In this document: positions 54,201 through 64,000 of the stretch, in pieces
Layout of the letters: every line of letters begins with the position of its first letter
Position numbering within the stretch: position 1 is the first letter of the stretch
Source of the DNA: Eledone cirrhosa
Taxonomy: Eukaryota
Reading direction: 5' to 3'
Length of the DNA stretch: 64,000 nt
NCBI GenBank assembly: GCA_964016885.1
Contig: OZ024741.1
Coordinates: 249,860,001-249,924,000 of the forward strand
Translations under genes and position numbers: made by a program
Notes under the pieces: generated by a model
What the model was told of the DNA's origin: nothing
The model's input: the letters and a program-made list of their open reading frames with translations, nothing else
Databases searched by the model: none

Positions 54201-55090
54201 TTTCCAGCTAGCCAAGGGGAGATAATTTGTAAAATAATCAGGGGGGAGATAATTTGTAAAAAAAATCAGGGGGAGATAATTTGAAAAAAATATCAAGGGG
54301 AGATAATTTCCAGCCCTCCAAGGGGCTATAATTTCCAGCCGTGCAAGGGGAGATAATTTCCAGCCGTCCAAGGGGAGATAATTTCCATCCTTCCAAGGGG
54401 AGATAATTTCCAGCCGTCCAAGGGGAGATAATTTCCCGCCAGCCAAGGGAAGATAATTTTTTAAAAAATCAGGCGGAGATTGTAAAAAAAATCAGGGGGA
54501 GATAATTTGTAAAAAAATCAGGGGGAGATAATTTGTAAAAAAAAAATCAGGGGGAGATAATTTGTAAAAAAAAATCAGGGGGAGCTAATTTGTAAAAAAA
54601 ATCAGGGGGAGATAATTTGTAAAAAAAAATCAGGGGGAGATAATTTGTAAAAAAAAAATCAGGGGGAGATAATTTGTAAAAAAATCAAGGGGAGATAATT
54701 TCCAGCCGTCCAAGGGGAGATAATTTTCAGCCGTCCAAGGAGGTAATTTCTAGCCGTCCAAGGGGAGATAATTTCCAGCCGTCCAAGGGGAGATAATTTT
54801 TTTAAAAAAATCAGGCGGAGATAATTTGTAAACAAAAATCAGGGGTAGATAATTTGTAAAAAAAATCAAGGGGAGATAATTTCCAGCCGTCCAAGGGGAG
54901 GTAATATCTAGCCATCCAAGGGGAGATAATTTCCAGCCGTCCAAGGGGAGATAATTTCCAGCCGTCCAAGGGGAGATAATATCCAGCCGTCCAAGGAGAC
55001 ATATTTTCCAGCCGTCCAAGGAGAGGTAATTTCTAGCCGTCCAAGGGGAGATAAGTTCCAGCCTCCAAGGGGAGATAATTTCCAGCCAGC
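51080..55090 (+). repeat. Tandem copy of ~46.6-51.2 kb (offset 4,507) with internal 597-bp and 56-bp deletions
   Basis: 47679>52186, 48066>52573, 49061>53568 and 49378>53885 (offset 4,507); then 50120>54030 (3,910); then 51054>54908 (3,854). Confidence 0.87.
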
Positions 55091-58000
55091 CAAGGGGAGA
55101 TAATTTGTAAAAAAATCAGGGGGAGATAATTTGTAAAAAAAATCAGGGGGAGATAATTTGTAAAAAAATCAGGGGGAGATAATTTCTAAAAAAAAAATCA
55201 GGGGGAGATAATTTGTAAAAAAAATCAGGGGGAGATAATTTGTAGAAAAAATCAGGGGTAGATAATTTGTAAAAAAAATCAGGGGGAGATAATTTGTAAA
55301 AAAAATCAGGGGGAGATAATTTGTAAAAAAAATCAGGGGTAGATAATTTTCAGCCGTCCAAGGGGAGATAATTTCCATCCTTCCAAGGGGAGATAATTTC
55401 CAGCCGTCCAAGGGGAGATAATTTCCCGCCAGCCAAGGAGAGATAACATTTAAAAAAATCAGGCGGAGATAATTTCTAAAAAAAATCAGGGGGAGATAAT
55501 TTATAAAAAAATCAGGGGGAGATAATTTGTAAAAAAAATCAGGGGTAGATAATTTCCAGCCGTCCAAGGGGAGATAATTTCCATCCTTCCAAGGGGAGAT
55601 AATTTCCAGCCGTCCAAGGGGAGATAATTTCCCGCCAGCCAAGGAGAGATAATATTTAAAAAAATCAGGCGGAGATAATTTGTAAAAAAAATCAGGGGGA
55701 GATAATTTGTAAAAAAATCAGGGGGAGATAATTTGTAAAAAAAAATCAGGGGGAGATAATTTGTAAAAAAAATCAGGGGGAGATAATTTGTAAAAAAAAT
55801 CAGGGGTAGATAATTTGTAAAAAAAAATCAGGGGGAGATAATTTGTAAAAAAAAAATCAGGGGGAGATAATTTGTAAAAAAATCAAGGGGAGATAATTTC
55901 CAGCCGTCCAAGGGGAGATAATTTTCAGCCGTCCAAGGAGAGGTAATTTCTAGCCGTCCAAGGGGAGATAATTTCCAGCCGTCCAAGGGGAGATAATTTT
56001 TTTAAAAAAATCAGGCGGAGATAATTTGTAAACAAAAATCAGGGGGAGATAGTTTGTAAAAAAAAATCAGGGGGAGATAATTTGTTAAAAAAAATCAGGG
56101 GGAGATAATTTGTAAAAAAAATCAAGGGGAGATAATTTCCAGCCGTCCAAGGGGAGGTAATATCTAGCCATCCAAGGGGAGATAATTTCCAGCCGTCCAA
56201 GGGGAGATAATTTCCAGCCGTCCAAGGGGAGATAATATCCAGCCGTCCAAGGAGACATATTTTCCAGCCGTCCAAGGAGAGGTAATTTCTAGCCGTCCAA
56301 GGGGAGATAAGTTCCTGCCTCCAAGGGGAGATAATTTCCAGCCAGCCAAGGGGAGATAATTTGTAAAAAAATCAGGGGGAGATAATTTGTAAAAAAAAAA
56401 TCAGGGGGAGATAATTTGTAAAAAAATCAGGGGGAGATAATTTGTAAAAAAAAAATCAGGGGGAGATAATTTGTAAAAAAAATCAGGGGGAGATAATTTG
56501 TAGAAAAAATCAGGGGTAGATAATTTGTAAAAAAAATCAGGGGGAGATAATTTGTAAAAAAAATCAGGGGGAGATAATTTGTAAAAAAAATCAGGGGTAG
56601 ATAATTTTCAGCCGTCCAAGGGGAGATAATTTCCATCCTTCCAAGGGGAGATAATTTCCAGCCGTCCAAGGGGAGATAATTTCCCGCCAGCCAAGGAGAG
56701 ATAACATTTAAAAAAATCAGGCGGAGATAATTTGTAAATAAAATCAGGGGGAGATAATTTGTAAAAAAATCAGGGGGAGATAATTTGTAAAAAAAATCAG
56801 GGGTAGATAATTTCCAGCCGTCCAAGGGGAGATAATTTCCATCCTTCCAAGGGGAGATAATTTCCAGCCGTCCAAGGGGAGATAATTTCCCGCCAGCCAA
56901 GGAGAGATAATATTTAAAAAAATCAGGCGGAGATAATTTGTAAAAAAAATCAGGGGGAGATAATTTGTAAAAAAATCAGGGGGAGATAATTTGTAAAAAA
57001 AAATCAGGGGTAGGTAATTTGTAAAAAAAATCAGGGGGAGATAATTTGTAAAAAAAATCAGGGGTAGATAATTTGTAAAAAAAAAATCAGGGGGAGATAA
57101 TTTGTAAAAAAAAAATCAGGGGGAGATAATTTGTAAAAAAATCAAGGTGAGATAATTTCCAGCCGTCCAAGGGGAGATAATTTTCAGCCTTCCAAGGAGA
57201 GGTAATTTCTAGCCGTCCAAGGGGAGATAATTTCCAGCCGTCCAAGGGGAGATAATTTTTTAAAAAAATCAGACGGAGATAATTTGTAAACAAAAATCAG
57301 GGGGAGATAATTTGTAAAAAAAAATCAGGGGGAGATAATTTGTAAAAAAAAATCAGGGGGAGATAATTTGTAAAAAAAATCAAGGGGAGATAATTTCCAG
57401 CCGTCCAAGGGGAGGTAATATCTAGCCATCCAAGGGGAGATAATTTCCAGCCGTCCAAGGGGAGATAATTTCCAGCCGTCCAAGGTGAGATAATATCCAG
57501 CCGTCCAAGGAGACATATTTTCCAGCCGTCCAAGGATAGGTAATTTCTAGCCGTCCAAGGGGAGATAAGTTCCAGCCTCCAAGGGGAGATAATTTCCAGC
57601 CAGCCAAGGGGAGATAATTTGTAAAAAAATCAGGGGGAGATAATTTGTAAAAAAAAAATCAGGGGGAGATAATTTGTAAAAAAATCAGGGGGAGATAATT
57701 TGTAAAAAAAAAATCAGGGGGAGATAATTTGTAAAAAAAATCAGGGGGAGATAATTTGTAAAAAAAATCAGGGGTAGATAATTTGTAAAAAAAATCAGGG
57801 GGAGATAATTTGTAAAAAAAATCAGGAGATAATTTGTAAAAAAAATCAGGGGTAGATAATTTTCAGCCGTCCAAGGGGAGATAATTTCCATCCTTCCAAG
57901 GGGAGATAATTTCCAGCCGTCCAAGGGGAGATAATTTCCCGCCAGCCAAGGAGAGATAACATTTAAAAAAATCAGGCGGAGATAATTTGTAAAAAAATCA

Positions 58001-58850
58001 GGGGGAGATAATTTGTAAAAAAAAATCAGGGGGAGATAATTTGTAAAAAAAAATCAGGGGGTGATAATTTGTAAAAAAAAATCAGGGGGAGATAATTTGT
58101 AAAATAATCAAGGGGAGATAATTTCCAGCCGTCCAAGGGGAGATAATTTTCAGCCGTCCAAGGAGAGGTAATTTCTAGCCGTCCAAGGGGAGATAATTTC
58201 CAGCCGTCCAAGGGGAGATAATTTTAAAAAAAAAATCAGGCGGAGATAATTTGTAAACAAAAATCAGGGGGAGATAATTTGTAAAAAAAAATCAGGGGGA
58301 GATAATTTGTAAAAAAAATCAAGGGGAGATAATTTCCAGCCGTCCAAGGGGAGGTAATATCTAGCCATCCAAGGGGAGATAATTTCCAGCCGTCCAAGGG
58401 GAGATAATTTCCAGCCGTCCAAGGGGAGATAATATCCAGCCGTCCAAGGAGACATATTTTCCAGCCGTCCAAGGAGACGTAATTTCTAGCCGTCCAAGGG
58501 GAGATAAGTTCCAGCCTCCAAGGGGAGATAATTTCCAGCCAGCCAAGGGGAGATAATTTGTAAAAAAATTAGGGGGAGATAATTTGTAAAAAAAAATCAG
58601 GGGGAGATAATTTGTAAAAAAAAATCAGGGGGAGATAATTTGTAAAAAATATCAAGGGGAGATAATTTCCAGCCCTCCAAGGGGCTATAATTTCCAGCCG
58701 TGCAAGGGGAGATAATTTCCAGCCGTCCAAGGGGAGATAATTTCCATCCTTCCAAGGGGAGATAATTTCCAGCCGTCCAAGGGGAGATAATTTCCCGCCA
58801 GCCAAGGGAAGATAATTTTTTAAAAAATCAGGCGGAGATTGTAAAAAAAA
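54030..58850 (+). repeat. Duplicate of ~38.3-43.2 kb at offset 15,722 then 15,666-15,667
   Basis: 38308>54030, 39503>55169, 40373>56039, 40761>56427, 41630>57297, 42902>58569. Shared markers: GAGATAGTTT, TTTGTTAAAA, GGATAGGTAA, TCAGGAGATAA. Confidence 0.9.
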
Positions 58851-61800
58851 TCAGGGGGAGATAATTTGTAAAAAAATCAGGGGGAGATAATTTGTAAAAA
58901 AAAAATCAGGGGGAGATAATTTGTAAAAAAAAATCAGGGGGAGCTAATTTGTAAAAAAAATCAGGGGGAGATAATTTGTAAAAAAAAATCAGGGGGAGAT
59001 AATTTGTAAAAAAAAAATCAGGGGGAGATAATTTGTAAAAAAATCAAGGGGAGATAATTTCCAGCCGTCCAAGGGGAGATAATTTTCAGCCGTCCAAGGA
59101 GGTAATTTCTAGCCGTCCAAGGGGAGATAATTTCCAGCCGTCCAAGGGGAGATAATTTTTTTAAAAAAATCAGGCGGAGATAATTTGTAAACAAAAATCA
59201 GGGGGAGATAATTTGTAAAAAAAAATCAGGGGGAGATAATTTGTAAAAAAAAATCAGGGGTAGATAATTTGTAAAAAAAATCAAGGGGAGATAATTTCCA
59301 GCCGTCCAAGGGGAGGTAATATCTAGCCATCCAAGGGGAGATAATTTCCAGCCGTCCAAGGGGAGATAATTTCCAGCCGTCCAAGGGGAGATAATATCCA
59401 GCCGTCCAAGGAGACATATTTTCCAGCCGTCCAAGGAGAGGTAATTTCTAGCCGTCCAAGGGGAGATAAGTTCCAGCCTCCAAGGGGAGATAATTTCCAG
59501 CCAGCCAAGGGGAGATAATTTGTAAAAAAATCAGGGGGAGATAATTTGTAAAAAAAATCAGGGGGAGATAATTTGTAAAAAAATCAGGGGGAGATAATTT
59601 CTAAAAAAAAAATCAGGGGGAGATAATTTGTAAAAAAAATCAGGGGGAGATAATTTGTAGAAAAAATCAGGGGTAGATAATTTGTAAAAAAAATCAGGGG
59701 GAGATAATTTGTAAAAAAAATCAGGGGGAGATAATTTGTAAAAAAAATCAGGGGTAGATAATTTTCAGCCGTCCAAGGGGAGATAATTTCCATCCTTCCA
59801 AGGGGAGATAATTTCCAGCCGTCCAAGGGGAGATAATTTCCCGCCAGCCAAGGAGAGATAACATTTAAAAAAATCAGGCGGAGATAATTTGTAAAAAAAA
59901 TCAGGGGGAGATAATTTATAAAAAAATCAGGGGGAGATAATTTGTAAAAAAAATCAGGGGTAGATAATTTCCAGCCGTCCAAGGGGAGATAATTTCCATC
60001 CTTCCAAGGGGAGATAATTTCCAGCCGTCCAAGGGGAGATAATTTCCCGCCAGCCAAGGAGAGATAATATTTAAAAAAATCAGGCGGAGATAATTTGTAA
60101 AAAAAATCAGGGGGAGATAATTTGTAAAAAAATCAGGGGGAGATAATTTGTAAAAAAAAATCAGGGGGAGATAATTTGTAAAAAAAATCAGGGGGAGATA
60201 ATTTGTAAAAAAAATCAGGGGTAGATAATTTGTAAAAAAAAATCAGGGGGAGATAATTTGTAAAAAAAAAATCAGGGGGAGATAATTTGTAAAAAAATCA
60301 AGGGGAGATAATTTCCAGCCGTCCAAGGGGAGATAATTTTCAGCCGTCCAAGGAGAGGTAATTTCTAGCCGTCCAAGGGGAGATAATTTCCAGCCGTCCA
60401 AGGGGAGATAATTTTTTTAAAAAAATCAGGCGGAGATAATTTGTAAACAAAAATCAGGGGGAGATAGTTTGTAAAAAAAAATCAGGGGGAGATAATTTGT
60501 TAAAAAAAATCAGGGGGAGATAATTTGTAAAAAAAATCAAGGGGAGATAATTTCCAGCCGTCCAAGGGGAGGTAATATCTAGCCATCCAAGGGGAGATAA
60601 TTTCCAGCCGTCCAAGGGGAGATAATTTCCAGCCGTCCAAGGGGAGATAATATCCAGCCGTCCAAGGAGACATATTTTCCAGCCGTCCAAGGAGAGGTAA
60701 TTTCTAGCCGTCCAAGGGGAGATAAGTTCCTGCCTCCAAGGGGAGATAATTTCCAGCCAGCCAAGGGGAGATAATTTGTAAAAAAATCAGGGGGAGATAA
60801 TTTGTAAAAAAAAAATCAGGGGGAGATAATTTGTAAAAAAATCAGGGGGAGATAATTTGTAAAAAAAAAATCAGGGGGAGATAATTTGTAAAAAAAATCA
60901 GGGGGAGATAATTTGTAGAAAAAATCAGGGGTAGATAATTTGTAAAAAAAATCAGGGGGAGATAATTTGTAAAAAAAATCAGGGGGAGATAATTTGTAAA
61001 AAAAATCAGGGGTAGATAATTTTCAGCCGTCCAAGGGGAGATAATTTCCATCCTTCCAAGGGGAGATAATTTCCAGCCGTCCAAGGGGAGATAATTTCCC
61101 GCCAGCCAAGGAGAGATAACATTTAAAAAAATCAGGCGGAGATAATTTGTAAATAAAATCAGGGGGAGATAATTTGTAAAAAAATCAGGGGGAGATAATT
61201 TGTAAAAAAAATCAGGGGTAGATAATTTCCAGCCGTCCAAGGGGAGATAATTTCCATCCTTCCAAGGGGAGATAATTTCCAGCCGTCCAAGGGGAGATAA
61301 TTTCCCGCCAGCCAAGGAGAGATAATATTTAAAAAAATCAGGCGGAGATAATTTGTAAAAAAAATCAGGGGGAGATAATTTGTAAAAAAATCAGGGGTAG
61401 ATAATTTGTAAAAAAAAATCAGGGGTAGGTAATTTGTAAAAAAAATCAGGGGGAGATAATTTGTAAAAAAAATCAGGGGTAGATAATTTGTAAAAAAAAA
61501 TCAGGGGGAGATAATTTGTAAAAAAAAAATCAGGGGGAGATAATTTGTAAAAAAATCAAGGTGAGATAATTTCCAGCCGTCCAAGGGGAGATAATTTTCA
61601 GCCTTCCAAGGAGAGGTAATTTCTAGCCGTCCAAGGGGAGATAATTTCCAGCCGTCCAAGGGGAGATAATTTTTTAAAAAAATCAGGCGGAGATAATTTG
61701 TAAACAAAAATCAGGGGGAGATAATTTGTAAAAAAAAATCAGGGGGAGATAATTTGTAAAAAAAAATCAGGGGGAGATAATTTGTAAAAAAAATCAAGGG

Positions 61801-63250
61801 GAGATAATTTCCAGCCGTCCAAGGGGAGGTAATATCTAGCCATCCAAGGGGAGATAATTTCCAGCCGTCCAAGGGGAGATAATTTCCAGCCGTCCAAGGG
61901 GAGATAATATCCAGCCGTCCAAGGAGACATATTTTCCAGCCGTCCAAGGATAGGTAATTTCTAGCCGTCCAAGGGGAGATAAGTTCCAGCCTCCAAGGGG
62001 AGATAATTTCCAGCCAGCCAAGGGGAGATAATTTGTAAAAAAATCAGGGGGAGATAATTTGTAAAAAAAAAATCAGGGGGAGATAATTTGTAAAAAAATC
62101 AGGGGGAGATAATTTGTAAAAAAAAAATCAGGGGGAGATAATTTGTAAAAAAAATCAGGGGGAGATAATTTGTAAAAAAAATCAGGGGTAGATAATTTGT
62201 AAAAAAAATCAGGGGGAGATAATTTGTAAAAAAAATCAGGAGATAATTTGTAAAAAAAATCAGGGGTAGATAATTTTCAGCCGTCCAAGGGGAGATAATT
62301 TCCATCCTTCCAAGGGGAGATAATTTCCAGCCGTCCAAGGGGAGATAATTTCCCGCCAGCCAAGCAGAGATAACATTTAAAAAAATCAGGCGGAGATAAT
62401 TTGTAAAAAAATCAGGGGGAGATAATTTGTAAAAAAAAATCAGGGGGAGATAATTTGTAAAAAAAAATCAGGGGGTGATAATTTGTAAAAAAAAATCAGG
62501 GGGAGATAATTTGTAAAATAATCAAGGGGAGATAATTTCCAGCCGTCCAAGGGGAGATAATTTTCAGCCGTCCAAGGAGAGGTAATTTCTAGCCGTCCAA
62601 GGGGAGATAATTTCCAGCCGTCCAAGGGGAGATAATTTTTAAAAAAAAATCAGGCGGAGATAATTTGTAAACAAAAATCAGGGGGAGATAATTTGTAAAA
62701 AAAAATCAGGGGGAGATAATTTGTAAAAAAAATCAAGGGGAGATAATTTCCAGCCGTCCAAGGGGAGGTAATATCTAGCCATCCAAGGGGAGATAATTTC
62801 CAGCCGTCCAAGGGGAGATAATTTCCAGCCGTCCAAGGGGAGATAATATCCAGCCGTCCAAGGAGACATATTTTCCAGCCGTCCAAGGAGACGTAATTTC
62901 TAGCCGTCCAAGGGGAGATAAGTTCCAGCCTCCAAGGGGAGATAATTTCCAGCCAGCCAAGGGGAGATAATTTGTAAAAAAATTAGGGGGAGATAATTTG
63001 TAAAAAAAAATCAGGGGGAGATAATTTGTAAAAAAAAATCAGGGGGAGATAATTTGTAAAAAATATCAAGGGGAGATAATTTCCAGCCCTCCAAGGGGCT
63101 ATAATTTCCAGCCGTGCAAGGGGAGATAATTTCCAGCCGTCCAAGGGGAGATAATTTCCATCCTTCCAAGGGGAGATAATTTCCAGCCGTCCAAGGGGAG
63201 ATAATTTCCCGCCAGCCAAGGGAAGATAATTTTTTAAAAAATCAGGCGGA
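58656..63250 (+). repeat. Tandem copy of the ~4.4 kb W-to-W unit (offset 4,414-4,415 from the 54.9-58.8 kb segment)
   Basis: 54908>59323, 55169>59584, 56039>60454, 57297>61711, 58569>62983. Confidence 0.92.
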
Positions 63251-64000
63251 GATTGTAAAAAAATCAGGGGGAGATAATTTGTAAAAAAATCAGGGGGAGA
63301 TAATTTGTAAAAAAAAAATCAGGGGGAGATAATTTGTAAAAAAAAATCAGGGGGAGATAATTTGTAAAAAAAATCAGGGGGAGATAATTTGTAAAAAAAA
63401 TCAGGGGTAGATAATTTGTAAAAAAAATCAGGGGGAGATAATTTGTAAAAAAAATCAGGGGGAGATAATTTGTAAAAAAAATCAGGGGTAGATAATTTTC
63501 AGCCGTCCAAGGGGAGATAATTTCCATCCTTCCAAGGGGAGATAATTTCCAGCCGTCCAAGGGGAGATAATTTCCCGCCAGCCAAGCAGAGATAACATTT
63601 AAAAAAATCAGGCGGAGATAATTTGTAAAAATATCAGGGGGAGATAATTTGTAAAAAAAAATCAGGGGGAGATAATTTGTAAAAAAAAATCAGGGGGTGA
63701 TAATTTGTAAAAAAAAATCAGGGGGAGATAATTTGTAAAATAATCAAGGGGAGATAATTTCCAGCCGTCCAAGGGGAGATAATTTTCAGCCGTCCAAGGA
63801 GAGGTAATTTCTAGCCGTCCAAGGGGAGATAATTTCCAGCCGTCCAAGGGGAGATAATTTTTAAAAAAAAATCAGGCGGAGATAATTTGTAAACAAAAAT
63901 CAGGGGGAGATAATTTGTAAAAAAAAATCAGGGGGAGATAATTTGTAAAAAAAATCAAGGGGAGATAATTTCCAGCCGTCCAAGGGGAGGTAATATCTAG

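Larger units (their letters stand above)
1..64000 (+). repeat. Composite tandem satellite array of two related monomers (25-bp type A and 26-29-bp type B) sharing the core CARGGGGAGATAATTT; runs off both ends of the window
   Basis: The sequence parses throughout into GGGGAGATAATTTCCAGCCGTCCAA or GGGGAGATAATTTGT(A7-10)TCAG or close variants. All copies are in the same orientation and I saw no unique interruption. Confidence 0.99.

Noticed and set aside
342-63847. Numerous minus-strand ORFs of 61-200 aa with repeats such as TNYLPLIFF and LPLDGWKLSPLGRLEIISPWTAG
   Set aside because: They are translations of the satellite: a 27-bp B monomer gives a 9-aa repeat and three 25-bp A monomers give a 25-aa repeat in all three frames. 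Frames shift with poly-A length, the starts I checked are TTG from the CAA of the monomer, the ORFs overlap each other, and no domain is recognisable.
1-64000. CRISPR-like pattern of a constant core plus variable inserts
   Set aside because: The inserts are only 9-13 bp and fall into two recurrent classes rather than unique spacers. The core is 16 bp, and there is no leader or cas gene.
1-64000. Telomerase-synthesised long telomeric repeat (some budding yeasts have ~25-bp units)
   Set aside because: Position-specific variants inherited in kilobase-scale HORs indicate recombinational amplification rather than templated addition, and I recognise no telomere motif. A subtelomeric location is not excluded.
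1-64000. GGAG/GGGGAG Shine-Dalgarno-like motifs, TATAAT in block W, and poly-T runs on the minus strand resembling terminators
   Set aside because: These are incidental parts of the monomers, with no associated gene, start codon or GC-rich hairpin.
1-64000. Sequencing artefact, adapter concatemer or synthetic sequence
   Set aside because: Nested, consistently inherited variants and reproducible homopolymer lengths fit natural satellite evolution, and no adapter sequence is recognised. Local mis-assembly of individual duplications remains possible.
1-64000. Embedded transposon, inversion, tRNA or rRNA
   Set aside because: I saw no non-satellite stretch, terminal repeat or reverse-orientation monomer. 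A very short insertion could have been missed by eye.

Overview
The whole 64 kb is one non-coding, single-orientation satellite DNA array. I see no genes, RNA genes, transposons or unique sequence. It contains roughly 2,400 short monomers (64,000 / ~26 bp) of two types that share a 16-bp core, CA(A/G)GGGGAGATAATTT. Type A is 25 bp (GGGGAGATAATTTCCAGCCGTCCAA, 52% GC). Type B is 26-29 bp (GGGGAGATAATTTGT-A7..10-TCAG, about 30% GC). Sequence variants of type A sit in fixed-order blocks that I label X (9 monomers), Y (4), Z (4) and W (6), separated by runs of B. Together they form a higher-order repeat (HOR) of about 1,257 bp and 48 monomers, with many deletion or duplication variants. Above that are larger, near-identical duplications: a ~17.85 kb tandem pair (~1.1-36.8 kb), then a mosaic domain with 11.8, 15.7, 4.5, 4.4 and 1.2 kb offsets. 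All listed ORFs are by-products of translating the repeat. The layered architecture resembles eukaryotic centromeric, pericentromeric or subtelomeric satellites, but the organism and function cannot be determined from the sequence alone. Duplication boundaries were read by eye and from ORF-track offsets, so they are approximate.
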